A DNA stretch of 64,000 nt from Callorhinchus milii (taxonomy: Eukaryota), in assembly GCF_018977255.1 (NCBI RefSeq), contig NW_024704743.1:112718001-112782000 (forward strand). Reading direction: 5' to 3'. The position numbers were made by a program, and so were the translations under genes. Shown in pieces: positions 13,581 through 24,923 of the stretch. Positions within the stretch are counted from its first letter, which is position 1; each line of letters opens with the position of its first letter. The notes below the pieces were generated by a model. The model did not search any database and was not told where the DNA came from. It was given only the letters and a program-made list of their open reading frames with translations.

Positions 13581-14504
13581 TTCTTAAGTAAGTTTCGTAC
13601 TCCACATGCCTCTGCTTACTCAGCAATAAGTATGAACCTAATTGTTAGTCAATTGGCAGATCACTTTTACAGGAGTAATAATACCTTCAATAAAGTGAGT
13701 GACTAGGACACGGGGAGAAACTCCCTTCTCATTTTGAATAGTACCATGGGATCATTAACATCCTCCTGAGCAAAGATTATTATTTTTATTATTAATTCTT
13801 TGGACTAATGCACTAGTTCACAGTTAAATATTTGAAATAAGCCAGTTCCATTTTTCATCATCCAGGCAACAAGCTAAGTCATCTCCAGTTAATGTAAGGA
13901 TTATTAGAGTCTTGCTGAGCCTGTGTCTGGAATATTCCTCTAAGTCTACCTATTGCTGAATGCATTCTGCCAAATCTAGTAAATTTAGTCGAGTCAAATA
14001 ATAGGCAGTGAGAAGACTAGTGATCAGTTCACAGGTCCCCATTATTTCTGACTTGCGTGGGAGTGGAAATTCAAGTGATATGTTATTAATCAGCAGCAGA
14101 GATTGTGGTTTGACACTGAGACCAGAGAAGCCTCTAACAGCTACATTTTGCTATAAAAATCCAATTGATTTGTTTACACTAAGATTTTTTTATTAGCAGG
14201 TGCCATTCAACACCAATAATCCCAGTCACTGAATGTGGGGTGGGGGGGTGGGGGAGGGAAAGGAGCGGAGGAGGAGAGAATACTACTTCAAAACAGCCCG
14301 GTGTCATTATTGACTGAATACAAATTATATATTATAAATACTGAATATATATGGGAATGAGATTCATTGTGTCTCAAGATAGAAGACATAAGATAGGTAA
14401 TAATAAGCGAAATGCCATATAATGTCATGTGAAGCTGCCATAAATGCTGTGATATTTTCCATCTGGGGCTGTTTTCATGAAAACATGACTCACACTAACT
14501 TGTG

Positions 14505-15005
14505 TTGGCTCCTTCCACTTCTTTGAGCACCTCACCCTGTACCATCCCTCTCTCCTCCCTTTCAAAAATTTCCAAGTGTACTGCCCCCCCACTGCTCCCC
14601 GAAAACCACTCCTTCTTCTCAGACATCTCCTCTCTCCCTAATCCCTCTGCCTCTGTATTGAGCGTCTGTTCATAATGAACAATTTCAATCTTCACCTTAA
14701 CTCCTTCTGCCCCACCTTCTCAGATTTCACAGCTCTCCTCACCTCCTTAAACCTTACCCTCTGCATAAACTCCCCGACCCACAACCAGAGCCACTCCCTC
14801 AAATGTATCTTTACCCATGGCCTTGACATCTCTGAGCTCTCCATCAGGAACAATATCATCTCCAACCATTTTCTCATCTCCCTCTCGTCTTGCACCCCCC
14901 TCCACCAAGCCCTTCACTATCTCATTCCATCCCTGGAAAAAGATTCCCCCTGAGGCCCTTAAAAATGTCTCTCATCTTCAGACCTTCTCTTCCTCTGGTC
15001 TTCCA
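14505..15005 (+). mobile_element. Old L2 endonuclease-region fragment
   Basis: NFNLHL...INSPTH...ISNHFLI resembles decayed APE motifs (DFN, PTH, SDH). Confidence 0.7.
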
Positions 15006-15012
15006 CCCACAG

Positions 15013-15680
15013 CGATCCCCAAAACGTATTGTTGGAATATTCAAAATGTATAAAGATATAAAATGCTGCTCTAAATATCTACGTGGTAAGTAGAAATGTC
15101 ATCAAATTACATAAAATTAGGTAGACCAGTACAGCACGGAATCAGGCCATTTGCCCCAACTAGTCTGTGCTGTTTTTTATACTCCACCTGAGCCTCCAGT
15201 CCTCCTAATTTCCTCTCCCATGTCCCTCTATTTCCTTTTCTATCATATACACAATAAAAAGTTATAAATTTAAGTGCACTTTGTGTTGGAATTTTAGAAA
15301 GCAGACCTTCCTCTGTGTGTTTTAAATGTCGGTTAACACACTTATCTACATCTCCTTCTATGGCCATATGGCACAGGGAAGATATACAATTTATCAAGCA
15401 CTCACGGAGTAATTTTGACTACAGAAAGGGGAAGCCTGCATTAATAGCTTCACATCTGCCAAATCCATGGAGTTCCAGAGCAAATAAATCAAGGTCATTG
15501 TAACTTCACTCTCTTTATGGTTTTCTCAACAGTTTCCAGGAATATCCACTAACTGTAATGATTGCAAAACATGACATTTTGGGGGAATTTCACTAGCAGT
15601 TTTAGGTCTAATTCATATCTTATGAATTTTCCTAAACTTTCATGTTTTGAATACCATTCATCTCTCTTTCTTGTAATCAA
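15013..15680 (+). pseudogene. GREB1-like pseudo-exons (15013-15085, 15298-15493, 15533-~15680)
   Basis: FKMYKDIKCCSKYL vs YNTYHHCEQCHQYM; EDIQFIKHSRSNFDYRKGKPALIASHLP vs EEIQLHFIIPKSKEHHFVFSQPGGQLESMRLP; FQEY vs SHEY; gtaagt donor and next acceptor are phase compatible. Confidence 0.65.
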
Positions 15681-15919
15681 GGACAGCACTTTTATTAAAA
15701 GGTTTTTAAGTCAGGCTCATCTAATGTAACCTTATGGATACGGACATTTTGAATTGAGAACTTTTTCCACTTTCAGCAACAACAACAACTTGCATTTATG
15801 CAGCTCTCTTCACCCGGGGCAGCATCTCGGAGCACTTTCAAAATATCTGAAATAATAAAACTAGATTGTTGGATTAGATTGTTTTAAAAAAATCAAGGAT
15901 AATCACGCAAACTGAAGGA

Positions 15920-17266
15920 AACCAGAAGGAATGTATTTATTGTTACTGCAATAGAAAGCAATCCTCATTACAGCAACAACAACAACTTACGTTTATAGAG
16001 CGCCCTTCACTCGGCTAGAGCGATTCACAGTGGCAGAGTCTGACAACCTATCCATTAAAACCTGTCTGAACCACCATCGAGCGAGCAGGCAGGGGGTTGG
16101 GCTTTCAAATATTCTGCGCCTGCTCTCTGGAACTCCCTTATGGAGTCCCTCTGACTCGATCCCACCCTCCCCGTTTTCAAGGCAACTCTCAAAACATGCC
16201 TCTTTAACTGCACTTTCTCCTCATCACCCACCTCAGCTCCTATCCCCAGCTTGGATGAATATCCATCCAGCACTGTGAACGTGCTTCAGGACAGCCTCTG
16301 ACTTGAAAGGCCAACACCATTGTGGGAGCACCATTACCCCAAAGATAGTAACGGTATAATAATACTACTAATAATAATGATCCTTGTATTCGATATAGCG
16401 CCTTATCACATCTTCGAAACATCTCCAAATGATTCACAGAACACACTCCAAAGTGAATCTAGCGCCTTGGGAAGTCCTCTTGATGTGCAAACATCGAAGA
16501 TTTATGTGTGATAGCTGAAGTAATTCTGTTGTGGTTGTTGAACTGACTCTATTGTGTGGGCAAAACGCGGCAGACAATTGGACACATACGTTGCCGAGAC
16601 AGGGTAGTGAGTCCTACCCTGATTGCTGGGGAGCCCACAGCCTTCCCTTTATCATGAGTACCTTAAATCCTTTAGGGATAGCGACAGACATCCCTAATTT
16701 TGCTCCTAAATACAATATAAATATATGGAGAATGCCACATTTTCATAGGGATAATAATAATCCTTACATTTAATGCAGTGCCTTTCACATTGCAAGGTCG
16801 TCTCAAAGAGTCTTTACAGGATGTACTATGGAGTGTAGAGACTGTGTATTTGTAGGCAAAGAGGGCAGCCAATTTGCACATAGCAATAAGCCACAAACAG
16901 CCATTGGTGAAAGATCATGAACACATTTAATGCAATACTGTAAATTATTGCATTAATTCCTACATTTCCTGTAATTGTCAAATATCCTTTTTGGAAAGTT
17001 TCTCCAGTTTTCCACTACATTAACTGTGCGTGTTCATCCAATGACTTCAGCTATCACATATAAATCTTCAATGTTTGCAGTTGCTCGCTCCCCCCACCGC
17101 CCCAACCCCACACTTTATTACTCCTGGGTTCTCAGTCCCAATTTCCCTCAATAACAGAGACTACCATCAGTAAGATATTTAGTTTACAAAATGCAAATTC
17201 TTCCTTCTCACTCAGATCTCTGTGATACTCATGTGTCAGCCTGGCTGGTTGGTATTTTCCCCTCCG
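15920..17266 (+). pseudogene. GREB1-like C-terminal (glycosyltransferase-domain) remnants interrupted by L2/SINE fragments
   Basis: RRNVFIVTAIESNP vs ERNVSLKHIMQHIEAAP; RFMCD; LTLLCGQN vs GLLLCRFN; KFLQ; VHPMTS vs DHPVLS; LCDTHVSAWL vs LCDSFVGASFL. Confidence 0.65.
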
Positions 17267-17277
17267 GTTACATTTAT

Positions 17278-17408
17278 GGGTGAAGGATCGTGCACCCAAA
17301 AAATTGACTCTTTCCTTTCTCCATAGATGCTGCCTGACCTGCTGAGTGTTCCCAGCTACTTCTGTTTTTGTTTCAGATTTCCAGCATCTGCAGTATTTTG
17401 CGTTTTGT
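17278..17408 (+). mobile_element. Penelope-like terminal repeat remnant
   Basis: ctccatagatgctgcctgacctgctgagtgttcccagc...cagatttccagcatctgcagtattttg, resembling a repeat recalled as common in chondrichthyans; hammerhead core not intact. Confidence 0.6.
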
Positions 17409-17786
17409 TTACATTATCAATGATTGGTCCAGACATGCTTTTAAATTATGCTACAATTAACACCAATTTGTGTATTTAAACTCCTTGAACCCAATGTAGT
17501 AGTAATGAATATTAATTGTAAAATATATAATCACTCAGCTCAGAGCAACAATCCAATTGCTTAATATGCAGCACAGCCTAGTGGCAGACCTCACAAAAAT
17601 GTTTCCTGCAGCAAAGATCACTGCACTTTTGTACTGTTCTTCCTTGCCCTCCTCGTCCCGGGGTTCAGTTCAGTAGCTGCCAGAATGCCTTTGGCATCTC
17701 ACCTGAGTGTCCTTTCATCTCTTGTGAGTCCCAACAATGAGGGTCAGAAAGCTGTGCAGGGTTTGAACAGACTTATCTTAGCCTTT

Positions 17787-18113
17787 TAATAATAATAATA
17801 ATAATCCTTGCATTTGATATAGCGCTTTTCATGTCGGGAGGACGTCCCAAAGCGCTTCACAGAACACACTGTAAAGTGAATTGACTGTATATTTGTGGGC
17901 GAACGCGGCAGCCAATTGCGCACAGCAATGTCCCACAAACAGTCGTAGATTGAAAATGACCAATTTATTATTATTTTTGGTTTTGGAGGTATTATTATTA
18001 GGCGTGAGGAGTAAGGAAACTTGCCCAAGGTTTCGCCCTGATCTGCCTGGAATTGAACTCAAGTCTCTCACTTGCAAAGCGAGTGCTCTAACCACTTAGC
18101 TACAGGACTCCAC
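17787..18113 (-). mobile_element. Young SINE, short form, full length
   Basis: Nearly identical to 53833-54152, 59228-59556 and 61652-61974. Confidence 0.93.
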
Positions 18114-18237
18114 AAAACAAGATCATTGGTATGAGTAAAATGAGGTTTAATCCAAATGAGGTTTGTAATAGCAGTGCATGTCGGTGAATGTGTTATCATC
18201 AACGTAGTAGCATATCCTGACTGTCTTTTGTTTGTAG

Positions 18238-18420
18238 GTTCTCACACGTAGGCAGCAATGACGATTTCCAATCTCTTTCTGGAGCAGCAGACTGGACTTA
18301 TCAGATCAGTAAAGATAATGAATGGAAAGAGTCCAATTGCCTGACAGGAACTTTAAAGTGGCATCTAAGAATAAAGACGCGGCATCACCAGCATGACCAC
18401 AGCAAAATAACCCGTCCACA
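18238..18420 (+). pseudogene. GREB1-like terminal pseudo-exon
   Basis: Strong acceptor (ctgtcttttgtttgtag); DFQSL...DNEWK then, after a frameshift, LPDRNFKVA vs DRSSL...EDEWQFRLRDEFQTA; AATAAA at 18635. Confidence 0.65.
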
Positions 18421-20904
18421 TTGGACGCTGCTGAGCCATGGCTGAACCTGTTTTTCTGCTGGTGTCTCGTCACCTCTCTCTGTGTCACACATCACAGCTA
18501 AAATACTAGGATCTCAAGATATCAGTGCATTACAGTGTAACATTCATATATCATGCATGTGATGATAACTTGGTAAAGCCTACAGTAACTAGCTAGTTAA
18601 CAAAGAAGTAAAAAGGCCACGACCGACGTTAATGAATAAAACTTGGTCTCCATTTTCCATTGTTTAAGCAGAGGACCAAACAGATAAAATCTCTGCTATG
18701 TTCCACATATAAGTGTATCTGCAAATATGTTGTGTACGGAGCAATATTTTTTGGGGAAAATCCCTCTCAATTTATTAAAATACCTTGAAAAATTATCACA
18801 CGTGGGTGGGCTTTGCAATATACAGTATTCTTGGGTTGGTTTTGTATTTCAATTTTGTGCTGAAATACCTTCCCCTCCCCACCACCACTTCTGGAGAACA
18901 AATTTTCACTTGGCCTAATTTAGATCTGAATCATTGCCTTTTGTAAAGCTCATGACAATTTTTTATTTTTAAATCCTGGCTCTAGAACAGTTTTCAACTT
19001 CAGCATCAATTAGTGCTTTAGATAAGGTGAGAACATTTGCCAAAATCTGCTTTATATTGCATTGCATTTGATTAATATATTAATTTACCAAGTATTATTA
19101 TTATTTACAGTATATCCTTTGAAATGGCTCCTAGTTTGAAAAACATTAAACTGAATGTAAGAATTATTATTATTACACAATGAGTTACTCTGAAATGTAG
19201 TGACTGCTTTTCCTTAAGGAACCTTGACAGCATCATTTCACAAAAAGCAACAAAGTAGATGACCAAGTTTGGATGAGGAACAATTTTTTGCTGGACTAAA
19301 TTGGTCACAAGTACATTCATTCAGTGTGTTATCATGAAAACAAGTGCCTTGCAGAAGGGTAACAAGTTTTACAGCAATACTTGTCAGGTAACTAACAATA
19401 CCAATGCTTGGTGCGTTACTGTGTGTTACAAAAGACCAATGTATATTTGATATGTTTATGTTCATCTGAAATAAAAGTGATGAAGAAGAAATTGTTCTCA
19501 GTATTTTTTAATGAGGGCATTACAGAGCAAATTTATGCTAGGTTTCACCTAGTGGCAATATAGTGGAAAAACATTCCAAATGTCACACTAGAACGAAAAA
19601 CAATCACATAACAAACCAGATTTCACAACGAGATTCGTAGTAGTCTTTAAAACCTTCATAATACAGTATCCAGATTTAACACACAGTGTATAACACTGAA
19701 GATATTTTTCAATTAATCTAGAATTCAAGTGGGATTACTAGAAAGAATGATCATCATTTTTAAAACAAAAAGTCCTCTGTGTCATTTATATCCTCCACTT
19801 TGGATCTACTTTGATCTTTACAGTCATGCAATGTTAGTAATAGTTCTTTACGCACTTCCTCATATGCAGATTTCCATCACTAGAAAAAGGTCATTGAAAG
19901 CTTGTGAACTTTTGTTCACACCCACACAAGTTCTGTTTGCATGTACCAAGACAGCCACACTAAAATTGGTTTATTTTTCATCCGCACCACAATTATGAAC
20001 GCAAGGCTGATGAATCAGGGAAGCTAGTTTTCTAATCACCGGTAAAGCCTCATCAATGGAAGCCATCTTACTAACACCTACTGGTATTGCTCAGCAATTC
20101 TGGAGACCATATAGGATTTGCGTTTTTAAAAAAATAACTTGATTTAAAATAAAAGTGGTTCTTGCTAACAAAGCAGAGCTTACTTACTCTCTCCTACTGA
20201 CACAAATTCCACTCAGTATTCCTTTTGTTGGTCTACACAAAATGGGTATTTTAAGAAAAGTCAAACCTTGTGACCTTTATGTGGATATCAAAAGTGATCT
20301 TAAAGTAAATAGAATTTCAAGGGCATTTCTGGGGAAGATAGATGATTGTGCAGAAATAAAGGCTTCCTGTGGAAGCTTAAGTTATTCAAGTTAATAACTG
20401 GAAAATTGGAAACAAGGCATCTTAGGAATGTGTGGGTAGATGTTTTAAGTTTAGTAAAGCCAACAAAGGCATAGATCCAATGGAACAGAGAACCTGTGGA
20501 TGTGTTGCAGCAATCGGCAGGCCACAAACTCAGACAGAAGACAGCAGCAAGGCTGAGACCCACCTGGCAACAGTGAAAGATGCTGAGAGATGTGAGAGAA
20601 AATGAATTGAATGGATATACCAATGAATTGAAAATGAATTGAATGAGTATACCAAAGTACCACATATCCTACCATGGCAGCAATGAGACACCCGTTTGCT
20701 TCCACATCCCAAAGATCTCCTGCTTTCAGACAGCATCCCTTCCAGGAAGAAATGATAGGCATCACGAGGCTATACACCTCTTCAACCAGTTAGTTTGACG
20801 CCCAAGGGGGATTAAGGTGGAAACAAGAGACAAGTCTCATTTGCTGTAGGAACCCCTTCCTGGAAGGTTAAAACCACAGGAATAATTACTTAATTACTGA
20901 TCTT

Positions 20905-20910
20905 TTTATT
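20905..20910 (-). terminator. Candidate TMEM70 polyadenylation signal AATAAA
   Basis: tttatt on the plus strand ~160 nt past the stop codon. Confidence 0.4.
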
Positions 20911-21069
20911 TATTTTATATAATTAATTAAACCTCAAGTTTGTGGGGGCAGTTTTTGAAGGAAAATACAAATTTTCTGTAAATAAAATATCAGCAAAACA
21001 GCACATAAAGGAGGCCCTTTTTCTAGAACTAAAGTATATAACATTAAATGCTGTCCTGTGCTGGTTACA

Positions 21070-21503
21070 TTACTTTTTCAGTTCTTCCATATCAAAGGAG
21101 AAGGGTTGGTCATAACCCATTAAGTGGTGAAAGTCATTGGGGTGCCAGAAAAGCATTGGGTTTACCAGCAGTGACTTTTTGTTTGCATAAAACGTTGTGA
21201 ACATCTGGCTGACTCCAGGAATCTTCACGTCCTTTTGATGGAAGACAGTTTTCTTCGGCTGAAGCAGAACATTGTAGGTGACCGCTGTATAGGTGTCAGT
21301 CTCAGCATTGTGATGCAGACTCACCACGTAACCTTTGGTGACCAGGTGTAAGACAACAGGACTCAGAAAGGTAAAAAATCCAATGATGCCACAGAAGGCT
21401 ATTTGTAATGCAGGGTTTTGGATTCCAAGGCCAGACTGGAAAAGGATATAGGGCATCACGCAGAGACTGAAGAGACTGGAGGAGTAAGAAAAAAATTTCA
21501 CCC
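21070..21503 (-). CDS. TMEM70: TMEM70 exon 3 (mitochondrial ATP synthase assembly factor)
   Basis: GVKFFSYSSSLFSLCVMPYI...LHLVTKGYV...FTTFYANKKSLLVNPMLF...HLMGYD; ttttcag acceptor; TAA stop at 21070-21072. Confidence 0.97.
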
Positions 21504-22514
21504 CTGAAAAGTAAAATAGAGAGCCATTAGACATTGACGTAAAATAAAAATACTGCCGCACATTCTCTAGTACTGTGTTTTAGTACTCCTCGCTCCCTCC
21601 CTTCCATCCCCTCACCCTGACCATTTCCCCCCCTGCTCGGGTCCTGACCCAACTATGCAGCGCCTTGGGACGTCCTCCTGACGTGAAAGGCGCTTTATAA
21701 ATGGAATCTTGTTGTTGTTGTTGTTGTTGTTATGTCGGGCTGGAAAGATCCCAAGAATCCATTCTTGAACATACATCAGAAAAGTCACTGAAGTAATTAA
21801 TAATAATAAATATTATTATAATAACAAGTGGGATTGTCCCCATTGCAGATAAGGAAACAGTGTGACTAATGAGTCACCAAACAAAATACAAAATCTACAG
21901 TGCTAACCAAAATATTAATTCATCAGAAGTTACATTCTGGATTTGTATTGCATTGGGCCAGCGTTTCTCCCTCAACAACTCTCTCAACATTTTTATTTTG
22001 TTCTCTGTATTTCTTTCTTCATGATACAAATAATATTTTTTTTCTAATAGCAAATGCCATTTTTATTTACTCTGCACTTGAATGTGGGCTTAATATTTTT
22101 ATGAGCAACTATGGAATGTAATAATAATCCTTGCATTCCAGGTCCTGGAACGAGTTGTTGCTTCTCAGCTTCGCTGCTTCCTCTCCCGCCACTCCCTTCT
22201 CGAACCACTCCAATCAGGTTTCTGTGCTGCCCACAGCACTAAAACAGCCCTGCTCAAAGTGACAAATTACATTCTGTCCACCTGCAACAGGTCTCCCTCT
22301 GACTCCTCATACTCCTTGACTTCTCTGCTGCTTTCGACACCGTCGACCACTCTATCCTCATCCACCGCGTCTCTTCTCGCCTCAACCTCCAGGGCTGTCC
22401 TTCACTGGTTCAGATCATACCCCTCACATCACCTGCACTTTATCTCCACAACGGCTTCTCCTCTATCCCCTGGACCGGCTCCATGGGCTAGAGGAGGCTC
22501 TGGGGGCTAATTTC

Positions 22515-23372
22515 TAAATTTGCGGACAACACCAAATTGGGGGGAGTAGTTAATACAGAGGAGGACTGCAACAAATTACACAAGAGATTAATAAACTTGC
22601 TGAGTGGCCATTTAAGGAAGTCACATACATCCTGAAAAATAAAAATCTAAATGGGGTAGAGGAGCAAAGGGATCTAGGGGTACACATACCATACACAATT
22701 CACTAAAAGTAGCAACCCAGGTTAATAAACCCACAAAAAAAGCAAACCAGGAATTGGCGATCATTTCTAGAGGGATAGAAATGAAAAGCAGGGAAGTTAT
22801 GGCAAACTTCTACAGAACCTTGGTTAGACCACACTTAGAATACTGTGTGAAGTTCTGGTCCCCATATTATAGAAGGGATGTAGAGGCACTGGAGAGGGTG
22901 CAAAGGAGATTCACAAGAATGATCCCAGAACTGAGAGGTTATACCTATCAGGAAAGGCTGAACATACTTGGACTCTTTTCTCTTGAAAAGAGGAAGGGGT
23001 GACTTGATAGAGGTCTTTAAAATGATGAAAGATTTTGACAGGGTAGACATAGGGAAGATGTTTCCACTTGTGGGGGAGACCAAAACCAGGGGCCATCAAT
23101 ATAAAATAGTCATAAATAGATCAAATAGGGAAGTTAGAAGACATTTCTTCATAAAGAGGAGTGGGAATGTGGAACATGTTACCACAAGGAGTTGTTGAGA
23201 CAAATAGCATAGATGTATTTCAGGGAAAGTTCGATAGGTACATGAGGGAGAAAGGAATAGAAGGTTACGCTTGAAGGCTGAGTTGAGGAAGGGCAGGAGG
23301 AGGCTCATGTGGAGCATAAACACCAGCATAGACCAGTTGGTCCGAATGGCCTGTTTCTGTGCTGTAAGTATT
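22515..23372 (+). mobile_element. CR1 LINE 3' fragment
   Basis: FADNTKLGG, LVRPHLEYCVKFWSPYY, ALERVQRRFTRMIP, RGDLIEVFKMMK; CR1-type 3' UTR. Confidence 0.92.
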
Positions 23373-23489
23373 CTAATGTTTTGTGCGGCATTCCTCAGGG
23401 CTCTGTCCTTGGTCCCCTCCTCTTCAATATCTACATGCTCCCTCTTGGTGACACCATCCACAGACATGGGGTCAATTTCCACATGTATG

Positions 23490-24923
23490 AAAGAGTTGTC
23501 GCCTCCCAGCTGCGCTCTTTCTTCTCCACCCATTCATTATTCGAACCCCTTCAGTCGAGTTTCCATGCTGCCCATAGCACAGAAACTGCCCTGGTCAAGG
23601 TCACCAATGACATCTTGACCATCTGCGACCAGGGCTCTCTCTGCCTCCTCATCCTCCTTGACCTATCGGCATCATTCGATACGGTCGACCACGCTATCCT
23701 CCTCCACCGCTTGTCCTCCCACTTCAACCTTCAAGGCCATGTGCTTGAGTGGTTTAGGTCGTACCTCTCCACCGTCTTCACTTTGTCTCCACGAACGGCT
23801 TTTCCTCCGACCCCCGCACTGTCTGGTGCGGTGTCCCTCAGGGCTCTGTCCTCGGTCCCCTCTTCTTCACCCTCTATATGCTCCCCCTTGGTGACATCAT
23901 CCGCAGACATGGGGTTAACTTCCACATGTATGCGGATGACATCCAACTCTACCTTTCCTCCTCTACCCTCAACTCCATGACCACCGATGTCCTGACAGCC
24001 TGCCTGTCCGACATCGAGTCCTGGACGAGAGACAACTTTCTTCAGCTCAACGAGCGTAAAACTGAGGCCCTCCTGATTGGCTCTCGTCAGCGCCTCCGCA
24101 CCTCTGGCGCTGACAGCATCAGCATCCAAGGCTGCACTCTCCACCTCTCAAAGTCAGTCAGGAACCTCGGTGTTCTGTTCGACCCTGAGCTGTCCTTTCT
24201 CCCTCATATCCGCGCCACAACTGGCACCGCCTTCCATCACCTCCGGAACATCGCCAGACTACGGCACTACCTCACCCCTCACGCTGCTGAAACTCTGGTC
24301 CACTCCTTTTATCACCTCAAGGCTGGACTATGGGAACTCTCTCCTCGTCGGCCTTCCCGGCACCTCCCTCCACAAGCTGCAGGTCATTCAGAACTCTGCA
24401 GCTCGTGTACTGTCCCGCACCAGGCTTCGGGACCACATCACTCCCACCCTCGCTCGCCTCCACTGGCTCCCCATCCCCCAGAGGATCGAATTCAAGATCC
24501 TCATCCTCACCTACAAGGCCATTCACGGCCTTGCTTCCTCCTACCTCTCTGACCTACTATCCCCCTACCTACCTGCCTGTACCCTCCGTTTCTCTGGCTC
24601 CAGTCTGCTCCACATCCCCCGCCCCAACCGCCCCACCATCGGTGGCCGGGCCTTCAGCCTCTCAGCCCCCAGGCTCTGGAACTCTATCCCCCAGTGCCTT
24701 CGCCGCCTCCTCCCTTTCCTCCTTCAAGGCCGGTTTCAAGACCTTTCTCTTTGACCGTGCCTTCAGCTCCCCTCTCGACTCTCTACCCCCTCCTCGCTCA
24801 CTCCCTTCCCTCCCCTCACCCTGACCATTTCCCCCTGCTCGGGTCCCGACCCAACTGTACAGCGCCTTGGGACATCCTCCCGACGTGAAAGGCGCTCTAT
24901 AAATGGAATCTTGTTGTTGTTGT
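23490..24923 (+). mobile_element. Young 5'-truncated L2 with RT domain
   Basis: [40 protein letters not shown] flanking duplication at 23484-23489 and 24924-24929. Confidence 0.95.

Larger units (their letters stand above)
333..18420 (+). pseudogene. Decayed multi-exon GREB1/GREB1L-family gene (central region to C-terminus; 5' part probably left of the window)
   Basis: About 15 collinear segments resemble recalled human GREB1 peptides, e.g. 7076-7158 PFVNTLHTLCHNGVLTICSLSKG vs PFDYIIHDPKYEDASLICSHYQG (gapless); 2453-2516 LEKCKEIFGALN vs LLNCREVKEAPN; ~16490 RRFMCD vs NRFLCD; ~16990 ILFGKFLQ vs LLLEKFLQ. Many segments keep ag/gt boundaries. Numerous in-frame stops and frameshifts. Alignment by eye, not computed. 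Confidence 0.75.
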
